Numbered from the stretch's first letter, positions 39,343 to 48,282 are shown. The stretch: 64,000 bases of DNA from Verrucomicrobiia bacterium (GCA_035577265.1 DATLVR010000126.1:4367-68366); one strand, 5' to 3'. Notes: generated from the letters alone by a model not told the origin. Translations and numbers: made by a program.

Positions 39343-40314
39343 TCAACCCTGGAGAATTTTGCCGGCAGCCGCACGAACAGATTCGATCAATTCGCGCGGT
39401 TTCAAAACGACGGCATCGCCGCCCCAGCTCAAAACCCAGCGTTGCACTTCCGCGAGGCTGGACAGCATCATTTTCAATTCCACTCCCCCGCCCTGCAGTT
39501 CGCGCAAGATCTGCGACGGATGCCATTTTTTTTCACGGATGTAATCGGCGGCGCGGGCATTGAAGCGGATGACCACGTCAAACTCGCCTTCGCCGGAGTG
39601 GACGCCGAAGCTGTCGCGCAACCGTTTCTCCAGCGAAAATTTCTGTGTGCGCTCAAAGGTCTTGCCCGTCGGCTTCACGGACTGGATGCGCGCCGGAACA
39701 AAGGTGCGCAGATCCTTGCGCACGTGGTCGAATGCGAAGAGATACCATTCGCCGTTGATGTTCGCCAAGTGATACGCATCCACGAGCCGTTTCTCCGCCG
39801 GCTGGCCGGGCTTGCGGTAATGCAGCTCCAACTGCTGCCGCTGGGCGACGGCTTTGGCGAGCGCGTCAAAAATTTCCAGATTGAGAATCGGCTCCGCGCG
39901 CGTGCGGAAGGAAATGGTCTGCTCAATATCGGCGAGGTTGAGCGAAATGGTGTCGGGCAGCGCCTGCTCCATTTTCCTGATGGCGCTCAGGAGCGGCTTC
40001 TCGAAGCTCGTGCCGCGATATTGCTGCAGGGCTTTTTCCGCGACGACGAGCGCAAAGATTTCGCCCTCGGTGATCTGCATCGTGGGAAAGGAACTGACTT
40101 CGCCGGTGTAACGGTAGCCATTATGACTGGCGACGTATTCAATCGGCAGGTTCAGCCGTTCGCGCATGAACTCGATGTCGCGCTGGATGGATTTGGTGCT
40201 AACCTCGATGTCGCGCGCAAGTTTGGTGGCGTTCGGGAAGCTGCCGGACTGGATCGCCTGATGAATGCGCAACATCCGCTCCAGCGGCGGACGCGAATGG
40301 AGCGAGGAATTCAT
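39343..40314 (-). CDS. WYL domain transcriptional regulator (HTH-WYL-WCX architecture)
   Basis: It has an N-terminal HTH (ERMLRIHQAIQSG...ATKLARDIEVSTKSIQRDIEFM) and a WYL core (NGEWYLFAFD). The likely start is ATG 40314; the track ORF opens at 40347 inside a hairpin. Confidence 0.85.
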   Translation of the reverse strand: MNSSLHSRPPLERMLRIHQAIQSGSFPNATKLARDIEVSTKSIQRDIEFMRERLNLPIEYVASHNGYRYTGEVSSFPTMQITEGEIFALVVAEKALQQYRGTSFEKPLLSAIRKMEQALPDTISLNLADIEQTISFRTRAEPILNLEIFDALAKAVAQRQQLELHYRKPGQPAEKRLVDAYHLANINGEWYLFAFDHVRKDLRTFVPARIQSVKPTGKTFERTQKFSLEKRLRDSFGVHSGEGEFDVVIRFNARAADYIREKKWHPSQILRELQGGGVELKMMLSSLAEVQRWVLSWGGDAVVLKPRELIESVRAAAGKILQG

Positions 40315-40398
40315 TTGAACAGGAGCAAACGGAGGAAACGGAGACAAAACTTAACGGATCAATCCCGCTCCGTTTGCTCTGTTACCTCCTGTTGATTT
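40315..40398 (-). other. Structured rho-WYL intergenic region
   Basis: Perfect 12-bp inverted repeat GAGCAAACGGAG (40323-40334) / CTCCGTTTGCTC (40368-40379), plus direct AAACGGAG repeats. Confidence 0.5.
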
Positions 40399-41541
40399 TC
40401 ACGAACCCAGCGACAATTTCGCCAGCAACTCGTCGTTCGTCTTGTGCTTCTTGAGCGCGGCGGTGAGCGTCTCCATGGCTTCGATGGGATTCAAGTCCAC
40501 CATCGTGCGGCGGAGTTTGCGGATGGCTTCAAGATTCTTGGGCGCGAACAGTTTTTCCTCTTTGCGCGTGCCGCTCTTCGGGATGTCCAGCGCGGGATAC
40601 AGACGGCGGTCGGAAAGTTTGCGGTCGAGGATCAACTCCATGTTGCCCGTGCCTTTGAACTCCTGGAAAATCAGTTCGTCCATGCGCGACCCGGTGTCCA
40701 CGAGCGCGGTGGCCAGAATCGTGAGCGAGCCGCCGTTCTCGATCTTGCGCGCGGAAGCGAACATCTTGCGCGGAATTTCAAGCGCGCGGGCGTCCACACC
40801 ACCGGTCATCGTGCGGCCGCTGCCGCCGTGAACGCTGTTGTAGGCGCGGGCCACGCGCGTGAGCGAATCGAGCAATACGAACACATCCTTGCCCGCTTCC
40901 ACCATGCGGCGGCAGCGCTCGATCATGAAGCGAGAGAGGCGGACGTGCGTTTCCAGATCCATGTCGTTCGACGACGCGACGACTTCAGCCTTCACCGAAC
41001 GTTGGAAATCCGTGACTTCTTCCGGGCGCTCGTCAATCAACAGGACCATCGCGTGAACTTCTGGATGATTCGTGGTGATGGCGTTGCAGATCTGTTTGAG
41101 GATGGTCGTCTTGCCGGTGCGCGGCGGCGCGACGATGATGCCGCGCGTGCCCTTGCCGATGGGCGTGACGAGGTCAATCACGCGCGTCTCGATCAAGTCC
41201 GGCGTGGTCTCGAGCTGAAATTTTTCCACCGGGTCAATGCTCGTGAGATTCTCGAAGCGGACGACTTTGGTGTAGTCCTCGAACGACAGGTCGTTGACCT
41301 TCTCCACGGTCTTGAGCTGCGGGCTGGTGCCGCGATGCGGCGGCTGCGTGGTGCCGACCACATGGCTGCCCTCGCGCAAAAAATTGCGGCGGATGGTGTC
41401 GGGTGTGACGAAAATGTCGGTGGGCTTGGGGTGATAATGGTTGGCGGCGGTGCGCAAGAATCCGAAACCCTTTTCGGAAATCTCCAAGTGGCCGGAACCG
41501 TGATTGGCGGTTTTATCCCCGTTATTATCTGGACTGCTCAT
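40399..41541 (-). CDS. rho: Transcription termination factor Rho (short N-terminus)
   Basis: 380-aa ORF with the OB/RNA-binding motif GFGFLR and Walker A PPRTGKTT. An in-frame stop at 41569-71 limits upstream extension. Confidence 0.95.
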   Translation of the reverse strand: MSSPDNNGDKTANHGSGHLEISEKGFGFLRTAANHYHPKPTDIFVTPDTIRRNFLREGSHVVGTTQPPHRGTSPQLKTVEKVNDLSFEDYTKVVRFENLTSIDPVEKFQLETTPDLIETRVIDLVTPIGKGTRGIIVAPPRTGKTTILKQICNAITTNHPEVHAMVLLIDERPEEVTDFQRSVKAEVVASSNDMDLETHVRLSRFMIERCRRMVEAGKDVFVLLDSLTRVARAYNSVHGGSGRTMTGGVDARALEIPRKMFASARKIENGGSLTILATALVDTGSRMDELIFQEFKGTGNMELILDRKLSDRRLYPALDIPKSGTRKEEKLFAPKNLEAIRKLRRTMVDLNPIEAMETLTAALKKHKTNDELLAKLSLGS

Positions 41542-41700
41542 ATTGTATGTGTGTGCGAAGGCCGGAATTTATCCCGCAAACCTGTTTTGAATTTTAGAAC
41601 TTGGGAAGCCGTCCCGCAAAAGCAGGACTAACAAAACCTTCGACGGACTGATAACTACGCTGAAACCCGCGTGAATGCAACAAGTATTTTTCCCGCAACA

Positions 41701-41910
41701 TCACGCGCTCGGCGGAATCGTCGGCGGCCGGACACTCGCCCTCAACCAGCGAAGATACGCCGCACGGACAATGCGGCGAAGTTGTTCACGCGAAATGCCG
41801 GGATGCTGCGCGTGCAGTTTTTCCAGTTCAGCTTCAAACAATTCCTCGCGCTCCCGCGACTGTCGCGCCTCATCGAAGAGTTGCAACAGCCTTTCCATTT
41901 CCGGCTTCAT
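41701..41910 (-). CDS. Hypothetical small helical protein
   Basis: 69-aa ORF (MKPEMERLLQLFDEARQSRE...). Its ATG overlaps the stop of the upstream ORF (ATGA at 41907-41910). Confidence 0.45.
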   Translation of the reverse strand: MKPEMERLLQLFDEARQSREREELFEAELEKLHAQHPGISREQLRRIVRAAYLRWLRASVRPPTIPPSA

Positions 41911-42278
41911 GCGGCAAACAGATCGGGAATCAATTTTCCGGCCTCCGCTTCCGGCATTGGGTTGTGAAGCATTTCCCAATCCGACTTCAAGCCGCGAATG
42001 GCAAAAGCCACTTCCTCGGCGAGCGACTTGTCGGGAAAATCGGGTTCGTCCAGCGCCATTTGTTCCAGGCGCAAAAGCCGGATGAGCCATTTGCAAATTT
42101 GAGCGTGCTGCTGGAGTTCGGCGGGGCTTGGCTCGCGCTGCAACAAGTGTTCGCGCGTCCAGCGGCGAAAGCCACTGGTCTTGGCAACCATTTCGCGCGT
42201 CTGTTCCGCCAGCAGCCACGTCACGGCGGGCAATGTCGGCTGCTCGGCAAATTCGGCGATGGATTCCGCCCTAGTCAT
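41907..42278 (-). CDS. Hypothetical protein
   Basis: 123-aa ORF translationally coupled to the 69-aa ORF. No family was recognised. Confidence 0.5.
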   Translation of the reverse strand: MTRAESIAEFAEQPTLPAVTWLLAEQTREMVAKTSGFRRWTREHLLQREPSPAELQQHAQICKWLIRLLRLEQMALDEPDFPDKSLAEEVAFAIRGLKSDWEMLHNPMPEAEAGKLIPDLFAA

Positions 42279-42393
42279 TGCTTGAATAGTAATCAGTTAA
42301 TTCGTCGAACGCAAGACGGGTGCCGCAATTAGTCAAACACCCACAAACGCAACCAGTATTTTACAGCGAAGCATCCTGACACTGCCCCAGTTT

Positions 42394-42559
42394 GTAGCGT
42401 CGCGCGTCCTGCCTGACGTAGAGGGCGGGCATCTTGCCGACCGGAACAAACGCACTATTCCTCTGCGAGATTTGCATGTCCTAACGCTTCGCCTGGAACA
42501 CAGGCCCTTTCCGCCAGGCGAGACGCCCGGCTCTACGGCAGTCCAGAGGCACGCCGGTA
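42394..42559. repeat. Inverted-repeat element (GGCrAGAyGCCCGsC..TCTACG arms)
   Basis: The reverse complement of 42394-42437 resembles 42517-42559, with a spacer of about 80 nt. Confidence 0.6.
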
Positions 42560-42588
42560 TGGCGGCAGTTTCAAGCCGCGCTTACGCC

Positions 42589-43047
42589 TCATAGCGGCTT
42601 GAATATTTTTGGCGGTAATGCGTCGCGGAACGACTTGTCGAATTGGGAAACGTCAGCAAAAACAATTTTCTCTGAGTGATTCTTCGGGTTTGAGACGGGA
42701 ATACTTGTGATGCGGAGATAAGCACGACCATCCAGCTGGCCGAGGTATTCCGTAGCTATCGCTGTCTGCGGGTCTCCCAACCGGTATATGGACTCAAAGT
42801 TGCTTGCTGGTATCGGGCGAGGCGTAGTTGAATGTTCGGGATACAACATTAGGTTGGTGACATTGCCGCGCAAAAACCACGTCATCCCCTCATTTTCGAT
42901 CGTCGTTACATTTTTAACTGCATCATAACTAACACGCCCACCCATTGGCGGGGGTGGGCTAGCTTTGCAAGTGCCAGTGCTTGATGTGCTGCAGCCAGAC
43001 AATAGCGTGGCTGCTATGCACAAAACCAACGCGAGCATTGTTTTCAT
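42589..43047 (-). CDS. Hypothetical lipoprotein
   Basis: ATG 43047 gives MKTMLALVLCIAATLLSGC, a lipobox. GC is lower than in the flanking genes. Confidence 0.55.
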   Translation of the reverse strand: MKTMLALVLCIAATLLSGCSTSSTGTCKASPPPPMGGRVSYDAVKNVTTIENEGMTWFLRGNVTNLMLYPEHSTTPRPIPASNFESIYRLGDPQTAIATEYLGQLDGRAYLRITSIPVSNPKNHSEKIVFADVSQFDKSFRDALPPKIFKPL

Positions 43048-43084
43048 TTGTTTGTGACAGCGAAAAGGCAGAGCCCTTCCTACT

Positions 43085-44068
43085 TCACCCACCCACCGCC
43101 GCGCGCGCTTCGGCGGCGAGCGGCGTGCTCAAGTAACGTTCGCCCGTCGAGCAGGCCACCGTCACAATCAGCTTGCCCTTGTTTTCCGGCCGATTGGCCA
43201 CTTCAATCGCGGCGACGACATTCGCGCCGGTGGAAATGCCGACCAGCAATCCTTCTTCCTTCGCCAGCCGCCGCGCCATCGCAAACGCGTCGTCGTTGGA
43301 AACCTGCACGCACTCGACAATCTGCGGATTGCCCGCGCTGTCCTTCAAATGCAGATTCTGCGGAACAAATCCCGCGCCCGTGCCTTGAATCTTGTGCGGG
43401 CCGGGCTTGACCGGCTGCCCCGCAAGCGTCTGCGAAATGACCGGTGAATCTTTCGGCTCAACCGCGATGGCTTGGAACGAAGCCTTCTTTGGTTTGATCA
43501 CTTCCACGCAGCCGGTGATCGTTCCGCCCGTGCCGACGGCGGCGACGAGAATGTCAATCTTGCCATCCGTGTCATCCCAAAGTTCCACGGCGGTGGTCTT
43601 CGCGTGGATGGCCGGATTCGCCGGATTGTTGAACTGTTGCGGAATCCAGGAGTTCGGAGTTTCCTTGGCCAGCGCTTCGGCGCGCGCGATCGCGCCTTTC
43701 ATGCCCTCCGCACCGGGGGTCAGCACCAGTTTCGCGCCAAGCATCGCCAGCAACGTGCGGCGTTCGACCGACATCGTTTCCGGCATCGTAAGAATCAATT
43801 GATAACCTTTCGCCGCCGCGACGAACGCGAGCGCGATGCCGGTGTTGCCGGAAGTCGGCTCGATGATCACGGTGTCCTTCTTGAGAATGCCGCGCTTCTC
43901 AGCATCTTCGATCATCGCCATGCCGATACGATCCTTGACGCTGCCGAGCGGATTAAAAAATTCGCATTTCAGCAAAATGGTTGCGCCGGCGCCGGCGGTG
44001 ACCTTGTTGAGTTTGACGAGCGGTGTGCGGCCGACGGTTTCGATGATGTTGTTGTAAATGCGTCCCAT
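43085..44068 (-). CDS. cysK: Cysteine synthase A (O-acetylserine sulfhydrylase)
   Basis: 327-aa ORF with the PLP-Lys motif GSVKDR and [11 protein letters not shown]. Confidence 0.93.
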   Translation of the reverse strand: MGRIYNNIIETVGRTPLVKLNKVTAGAGATILLKCEFFNPLGSVKDRIGMAMIEDAEKRGILKKDTVIIEPTSGNTGIALAFVAAAKGYQLILTMPETMSVERRTLLAMLGAKLVLTPGAEGMKGAIARAEALAKETPNSWIPQQFNNPANPAIHAKTTAVELWDDTDGKIDILVAAVGTGGTITGCVEVIKPKKASFQAIAVEPKDSPVISQTLAGQPVKPGPHKIQGTGAGFVPQNLHLKDSAGNPQIVECVQVSNDDAFAMARRLAKEEGLLVGISTGANVVAAIEVANRPENKGKLIVTVACSTGERYLSTPLAAEARAAVGG

Positions 44069-44148
44069 AAATTTTTTACGGTTAAGTTGGTTGCGTAAGA
44101 CTGCGTATAGTTGTGCAGAAGGCGGCGGGCGGGCAAGTTATTTTTATT

Positions 44149-44256
44149 GGAAACATCGAACATTCAACATTCAACTTCGAACGTCCAATAAAGGTAGATT
44201 CTGCGGCTTGCTTCAATTCGGTATTGAGCGTTGAATGTTCGAGGTTGAATGTTTCC
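44149..44256. repeat. Inverted heptamer-array element (AACATTC/GAATGTT type)
   Basis: The left arm is GGAAACATCGAACATTCAACATTCAAC and the right arm is ...GTTGAATGTTCGAGGTTGAATGTTTCC. Confidence 0.8.
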
Positions 44257-45399
44257 CCGTCCCTAAAAACAATAAGTCCCTGCCCAACCTTTCGGTCGGA
44301 CAGGGACAAATGGGGGATGGGAGTTCGCCATGCTCTCTTTCCCGGACTGACATTCGGCGCGCCCTTTTCAGGGGCTGTCAGCTTCCCGACGCCATTCTCC
44401 ACGGCAAGCGGAGTTTCCGGCCTCGTAGCAGGGCCGTCCAGCGCCTTGCGGCGTCTGGATTTCGAGTGAGGCTTTTCAGCTCGCTTCAACTGGTGGTTGC
44501 GCCACCGGCCTGCGAACCAGGTTGAGACACGCCTATGATTTAATTTCGCGTCTCCACCATTAGCACCGGGTCAGCCGCTGCTTTTGACAGCGCGTTCGCC
44601 CGATGCCACGGGTCTCGCCTCTTCACTCTCAGGTTGCCTTTCTTTCACAGCCCGGCGGTGTCGTTTTTAACATCGCCGACGCTCGGAAGGTTTTCACGCG
44701 GCCTGCCCAGCCTGCGTGTCCTTCCCGGTGCGGATGCCCTTTTTGTCCCGCCTTTCGGCGTCTTTCTTTTGGCTGATCTCCGCTTGGATGCGTGACCGCC
44801 AGAGTCGTCCGTCCGTGCTAATCCACAGTAGCAACCGATTACCCTCCGGGTAACTGCGATTCATCCAGGCTCGAAACCTGCCCGGATTACTTGACTCGGT
44901 CTGGAACGGTTTCTCATCATTCCTCGCCGCCTAGTTCCCTTTTTCGCGTTACTGGCACGCGCGAACGTGCCTGAGGAACTGGTGAATACTGCCTCCGCCA
45001 AATCTTTCGATCTGGTTCCAGAGGAACCGGGTCAACCAGCCTGACCCGACCTTTCCCCAGTCGCCTGGGATTATCTTTGAGATTTCCGGCCTCAATTTTA
45101 TTCGCTGCCGTCCGTCTCGGTTCTTTCAATGAACTGCGGACATCATAACTTATTTCCCTTTTCCGACAACGAATTGATATGCACAGCTTATTCACCGGGT
45201 CGTGCGGGCAACCCGGCCGCGAACAACGGCAATCAGCTTTTTAAACAAAGGCGGTTCTCTTTTGCGCCGGAAAATTATTCACCGCGTTCTCCAAACCCGA
45301 ACCGCCGCGGTGAACAAGTTCTGTTTGTTATGTTTGAAAAATACTCACTCGACAGAAAGATTTTACAGGCGCAGAATTTTCATTACATGCATCCCGAAT

Positions 45400-46026
45400 A
45401 TGCGATTAATTCTCGTAGATAAAGGCCAGGAGTTTTGCGAGGTGCTTCGCTGGCAATTTCGGTCACACCCTGAAGTTCAGATTAACTGTGGCAAATTCGA
45501 GGACTTGCCATCGTTCGATTGTATTGTCACAGCCGGAAATTCGTTCGGTTTAATGGATGCAGGCATGGATCTGGCCGTTGTTCGTTTCTTCGGACGGCAG
45601 GTCATGGATCGTATCCAGAAGCAAATTCTTGACGATTATCTCGGGGAGCAGCCCGTTGGAACCTGCCTGATTGTGCCAACCGATCACGCGTTGCATCCGT
45701 TTGTTGCTCACGCTCCGACCATGCGTATTCCGATGAACATTCAAAGCACGGATCATGTTTATCTGGCGATGTGGGCAGCTCTCACTGCCGTCCATCGCCA
45801 CAATCGTTCGGAACCAAAAAAGATAGAAACGGTCGCTTGTCCCGGACTCGGCACTGGCACGGGTGGCGTTGATTCGCTTGAAGCAGCACTCCAATTGTTT
45901 TTAGCTTACGAACATTATCTACGACCGCCGCAGTTCATCAATCCTTCGGTCGCACAACAGCGCCATGAGAAAATTTATTATGGTGGGCACTGGGGGTTTA
46001 AGCACCCACGAAGAAACAGCGCGTAG
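45400..46026 (+). CDS. Macro-domain-like protein
   Basis: ATG 45400 (the track ORF opens at 45202). AGNSFGLMDAGMD and PGLGTGTGG motifs are present. Single-line GC counts give 43-53%. Confidence 0.7.
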   Translation: MRLILVDKGQEFCEVLRWQFRSHPEVQINCGKFEDLPSFDCIVTAGNSFGLMDAGMDLAVVRFFGRQVMDRIQKQILDDYLGEQPVGTCLIVPTDHALHPFVAHAPTMRIPMNIQSTDHVYLAMWAALTAVHRHNRSEPKKIETVACPGLGTGTGGVDSLEAALQLFLAYEHYLRPPQFINPSVAQQRHEKIYYGGHWGFKHPRRNSA

Positions 46027-46164
46027 CGGTTTGAGAAGGAATGAAACGCCAGCTCCCATTCGCCTCCACCACCTTGCGGATGCTGCCCGGCCCGGTCGCG
46101 TTGGTTTGTGCGCTGACGAATTTTCCGCGCTGGGCTTCGGCTCACGAGGACGCTCGCCCCACCC

Positions 46165-46196
46165 AATGAAAAAGGCCGCCCTTGCGGACGGCCTTT
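46165..46196 (-). terminator. Rho-independent terminator downstream of the small basic ORF
   Basis: The minus strand reads AAAGGCCG-TCCGCAAGGG-CGGCCTTTTT. Confidence 0.65.
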
Positions 46197-46212
46197 GAAT
46201 GAATCACAAAAA

Positions 46213-46320
46213 TTACTTCTTCGTCTTGGCGGCCTTCTTCGTTCTCACGATGGCCTTTTTACGTTTGATGTAGGCCTTGCGGCGTTTTTTATGTTCAGCT
46301 TTGTTCAGTTGTTTGCCCAT
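46213..46320 (-). CDS. 35-aa highly basic small protein (hypothetical)
   Basis: MGKQLNKAEHKKRRKAYIKRKKAIVRTKKAAKTKK. It runs from ATG 46320 to TAA 46213-15 and is followed by a terminator. Confidence 0.45.
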   Translation of the reverse strand: MGKQLNKAEHKKRRKAYIKRKKAIVRTKKAAKTKK

Positions 46321-46365
46321 AAGTGTCTTTACTTTGATCGCGTGTTGCGGTTTTGTGGACGCACT

Positions 46366-46902
46366 ATGAAAGTTTACGCGCAACGATTCAACATCTTTTT
46401 CGCATGGCTGGCGGCGGCGGCCGTGCTTTGCGGTTGTCAAACGGACAAAAAGTCGGGCAAAAACAAGAACGATATCAGTGTCCTGCGCGTTCATCTGCAG
46501 GCCAATCAGAACACCGTCGGGGCGACCGTGCCGGTCACCTTGTTGCGTTCCAATCCCGTGTCCGTGACCATCGCCCACGATCCGATATTGACCGAGGCCA
46601 GCGTCGTGGCCGCGCGGGTCATTGACACGCCGGGCGGTTTCGCCGTCGAAGTCCAGTTTGATGAAAGCACCACGCTGATGCTGGAGCAATATTCCTCCGC
46701 CAATCCCGGACTGCACTTTGTCATCTTCGGCCAGTGGGGCGAAAAGGCTGCCGATGCCCGCTGGCTCGCGGCGCCGTTGATCACGAAACGCATCGCCAAC
46801 GGGCAACTGGCGTTCACACCGGACATCACTCGCGAACAGGCCGACCGCTTCGTCCAGGGATTGAACAACGTCGCCAAAAAATTGAAGAAGGGCATTTTCT
46901 AA
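46366..46902 (+). CDS. Hypothetical lipoprotein
   Basis: ATG 46366 gives MKVYAQRFNIFFAWLAAAAVLCGC. Its stop overlaps the next start (TAATG). Confidence 0.6.
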   Translation: MKVYAQRFNIFFAWLAAAAVLCGCQTDKKSGKNKNDISVLRVHLQANQNTVGATVPVTLLRSNPVSVTIAHDPILTEASVVAARVIDTPGGFAVEVQFDESTTLMLEQYSSANPGLHFVIFGQWGEKAADARWLAAPLITKRIANGQLAFTPDITREQADRFVQGLNNVAKKLKKGIF

Positions 46903-47927
46903 TGATTGGCTCAGCTGTTTACCGGGTTCTTTCAACCGCCGCCATTTTGGCATCGGGCACCGGGATGTTCGCGCAGTCGCCGTTTCAATTCCCGACCGCC
47001 AACCATTCGCTCTATCAAGTCGACGGCGAGCTGAAGTTTTTTGCACCCACCGCGCCCGACAAACCGTGGACGAGCGGCAGTTTCGGCTGCGTGCGCAACG
47101 ACGGCTGGCGGATGCACGAGGGGTTGGACATCCGCCACCTGCAAACCGACCGGCGCGGTGAACCGACCGATCCGGTGATGGCCACCGCCGACGGCACGGT
47201 GGTTTATTTCAGCAAAAAGCCGGGACTGTCGAATTATGGAAATTACGTCGTCGTCCGTCACGTGGTTGAAGGACTGGAAATTTATTCGCTCTATGCGCAT
47301 CTGAGCTCCGTCCGCCCCGGCCTCGCCATCGGCGCGGTGGTCAAGGCGGGCGAAGTCGTCGGCACGATGGGCCGGACATCGACCGCTGAAACCATTGCCA
47401 AGGACCGGGCGCACGTTCACTTCGAATTGAACGTGCTGCTCAATGACAACTTTGCGGCATGGTTCAAGAAGCACACTTCGCCCGGCGAACGCAACGATCA
47501 CGGCGAATGGAACGGCCAGAATTTACTGGGCCTGGACCCGCGGGAAATTCTGGTCGCCGAACACAATCCCGTAAAAAAATTCAGCCTGCTGGATTATCTA
47601 CGCGGACAGACGGAGCTGTGCCGCGTGCTGGTGCGCGCGACCGATTTCCCCTTCCTGAAACGCTACCCGGCCCTGGTCCTGAAAAATCCGGTTGCGGAAA
47701 AGGAAGGCGTGGCCGGTTACGAACTGGTTTTGAATTACAATGGCGTGCCCTTCGCCCTGCTGCCCCGTGCCGCCTCGGAGATCAAAGGCAGCGCGAAATT
47801 TCAACTGCTCTCGGTGAATGAGGCGGTGGAAAAAGCCAATCACTGCCGTAAACTCGTGGTGAAACGTGGCGGCCGCTGGCAACTGGCCGACGCTGGACTT
47901 CGTGAACTGGACTTATTAACGTTTTGA
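46902..47927 (+). CDS. M23 family metallopeptidase
   Basis: It has a signal peptide plus the HEGLDI and HVHFEL motifs. Confidence 0.85.
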   Translation: MIGSAVYRVLSTAAILASGTGMFAQSPFQFPTANHSLYQVDGELKFFAPTAPDKPWTSGSFGCVRNDGWRMHEGLDIRHLQTDRRGEPTDPVMATADGTVVYFSKKPGLSNYGNYVVVRHVVEGLEIYSLYAHLSSVRPGLAIGAVVKAGEVVGTMGRTSTAETIAKDRAHVHFELNVLLNDNFAAWFKKHTSPGERNDHGEWNGQNLLGLDPREILVAEHNPVKKFSLLDYLRGQTELCRVLVRATDFPFLKRYPALVLKNPVAEKEGVAGYELVLNYNGVPFALLPRAASEIKGSAKFQLLSVNEAVEKANHCRKLVVKRGGRWQLADAGLRELDLLTF

Positions 47928-47946
47928 ACCAAGAAAAATTGAAGTC

Positions 47947-48282
47947 ATGAAAACCAAACTTCAACGCATTTGCATCGTCCTGCTGGCGCTGGCCGCCCTG
48001 GGGATTATCAACGGGTGCGCGACGACCGATTATTACCGTTTGAAACAAACCCGGATGGACGTGGATTTTGCCATGACCCGGTATAACAACCAGGTTACAT
48101 TTGGAAACATTGCCCCGTCATTTCAGACGCAGGTGAACGCCGCCTATCAGGCCTACAAAACCGCCTTTGACGCCGCGGTTCAGCAGGCCCATTCCAATTA
48201 CGACGCTCCCACTCCGGACAATGTCAAACAGCTGGCCAACCAACTCCTATCCATCCTCAGCGCCATCCCCGTCCCGCCGTAA
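47947..48282 (+). CDS. Hypothetical lipoprotein
   Basis: 111-aa ORF with the lipobox ...ALGIINGC. Confidence 0.55.
   Translation: MKTKLQRICIVLLALAALGIINGCATTDYYRLKQTRMDVDFAMTRYNNQVTFGNIAPSFQTQVNAAYQAYKTAFDAAVQQAHSNYDAPTPDNVKQLANQLLSILSAIPVPP

Noticed and set aside
44545-44557. GCGTCTCCACCA looked like a tRNA or tmRNA 3-prime end, with a possible 5-prime partner GGGGATG at 44312 and a GGATTTCGAG string at about 44450.
   Set aside because: There is no T-arm (GGTTCRANTCC) upstream of it, the implied length is too short, and no tag reading frame or pseudoknot pattern could be placed.
44830-45060. RNase P RNA-like strings on the minus strand (GGGGAAAGGTCGGGTC, GGATGAATCG, CAGTTACCCGG).
   Set aside because: The spacing and order do not fit the P4/CR-I to CR-V layout. 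The candidate P4 strands pair for only about 5 bp, and local hairpins explain the strings better. This needs a covariance-model search, not eyeballing.
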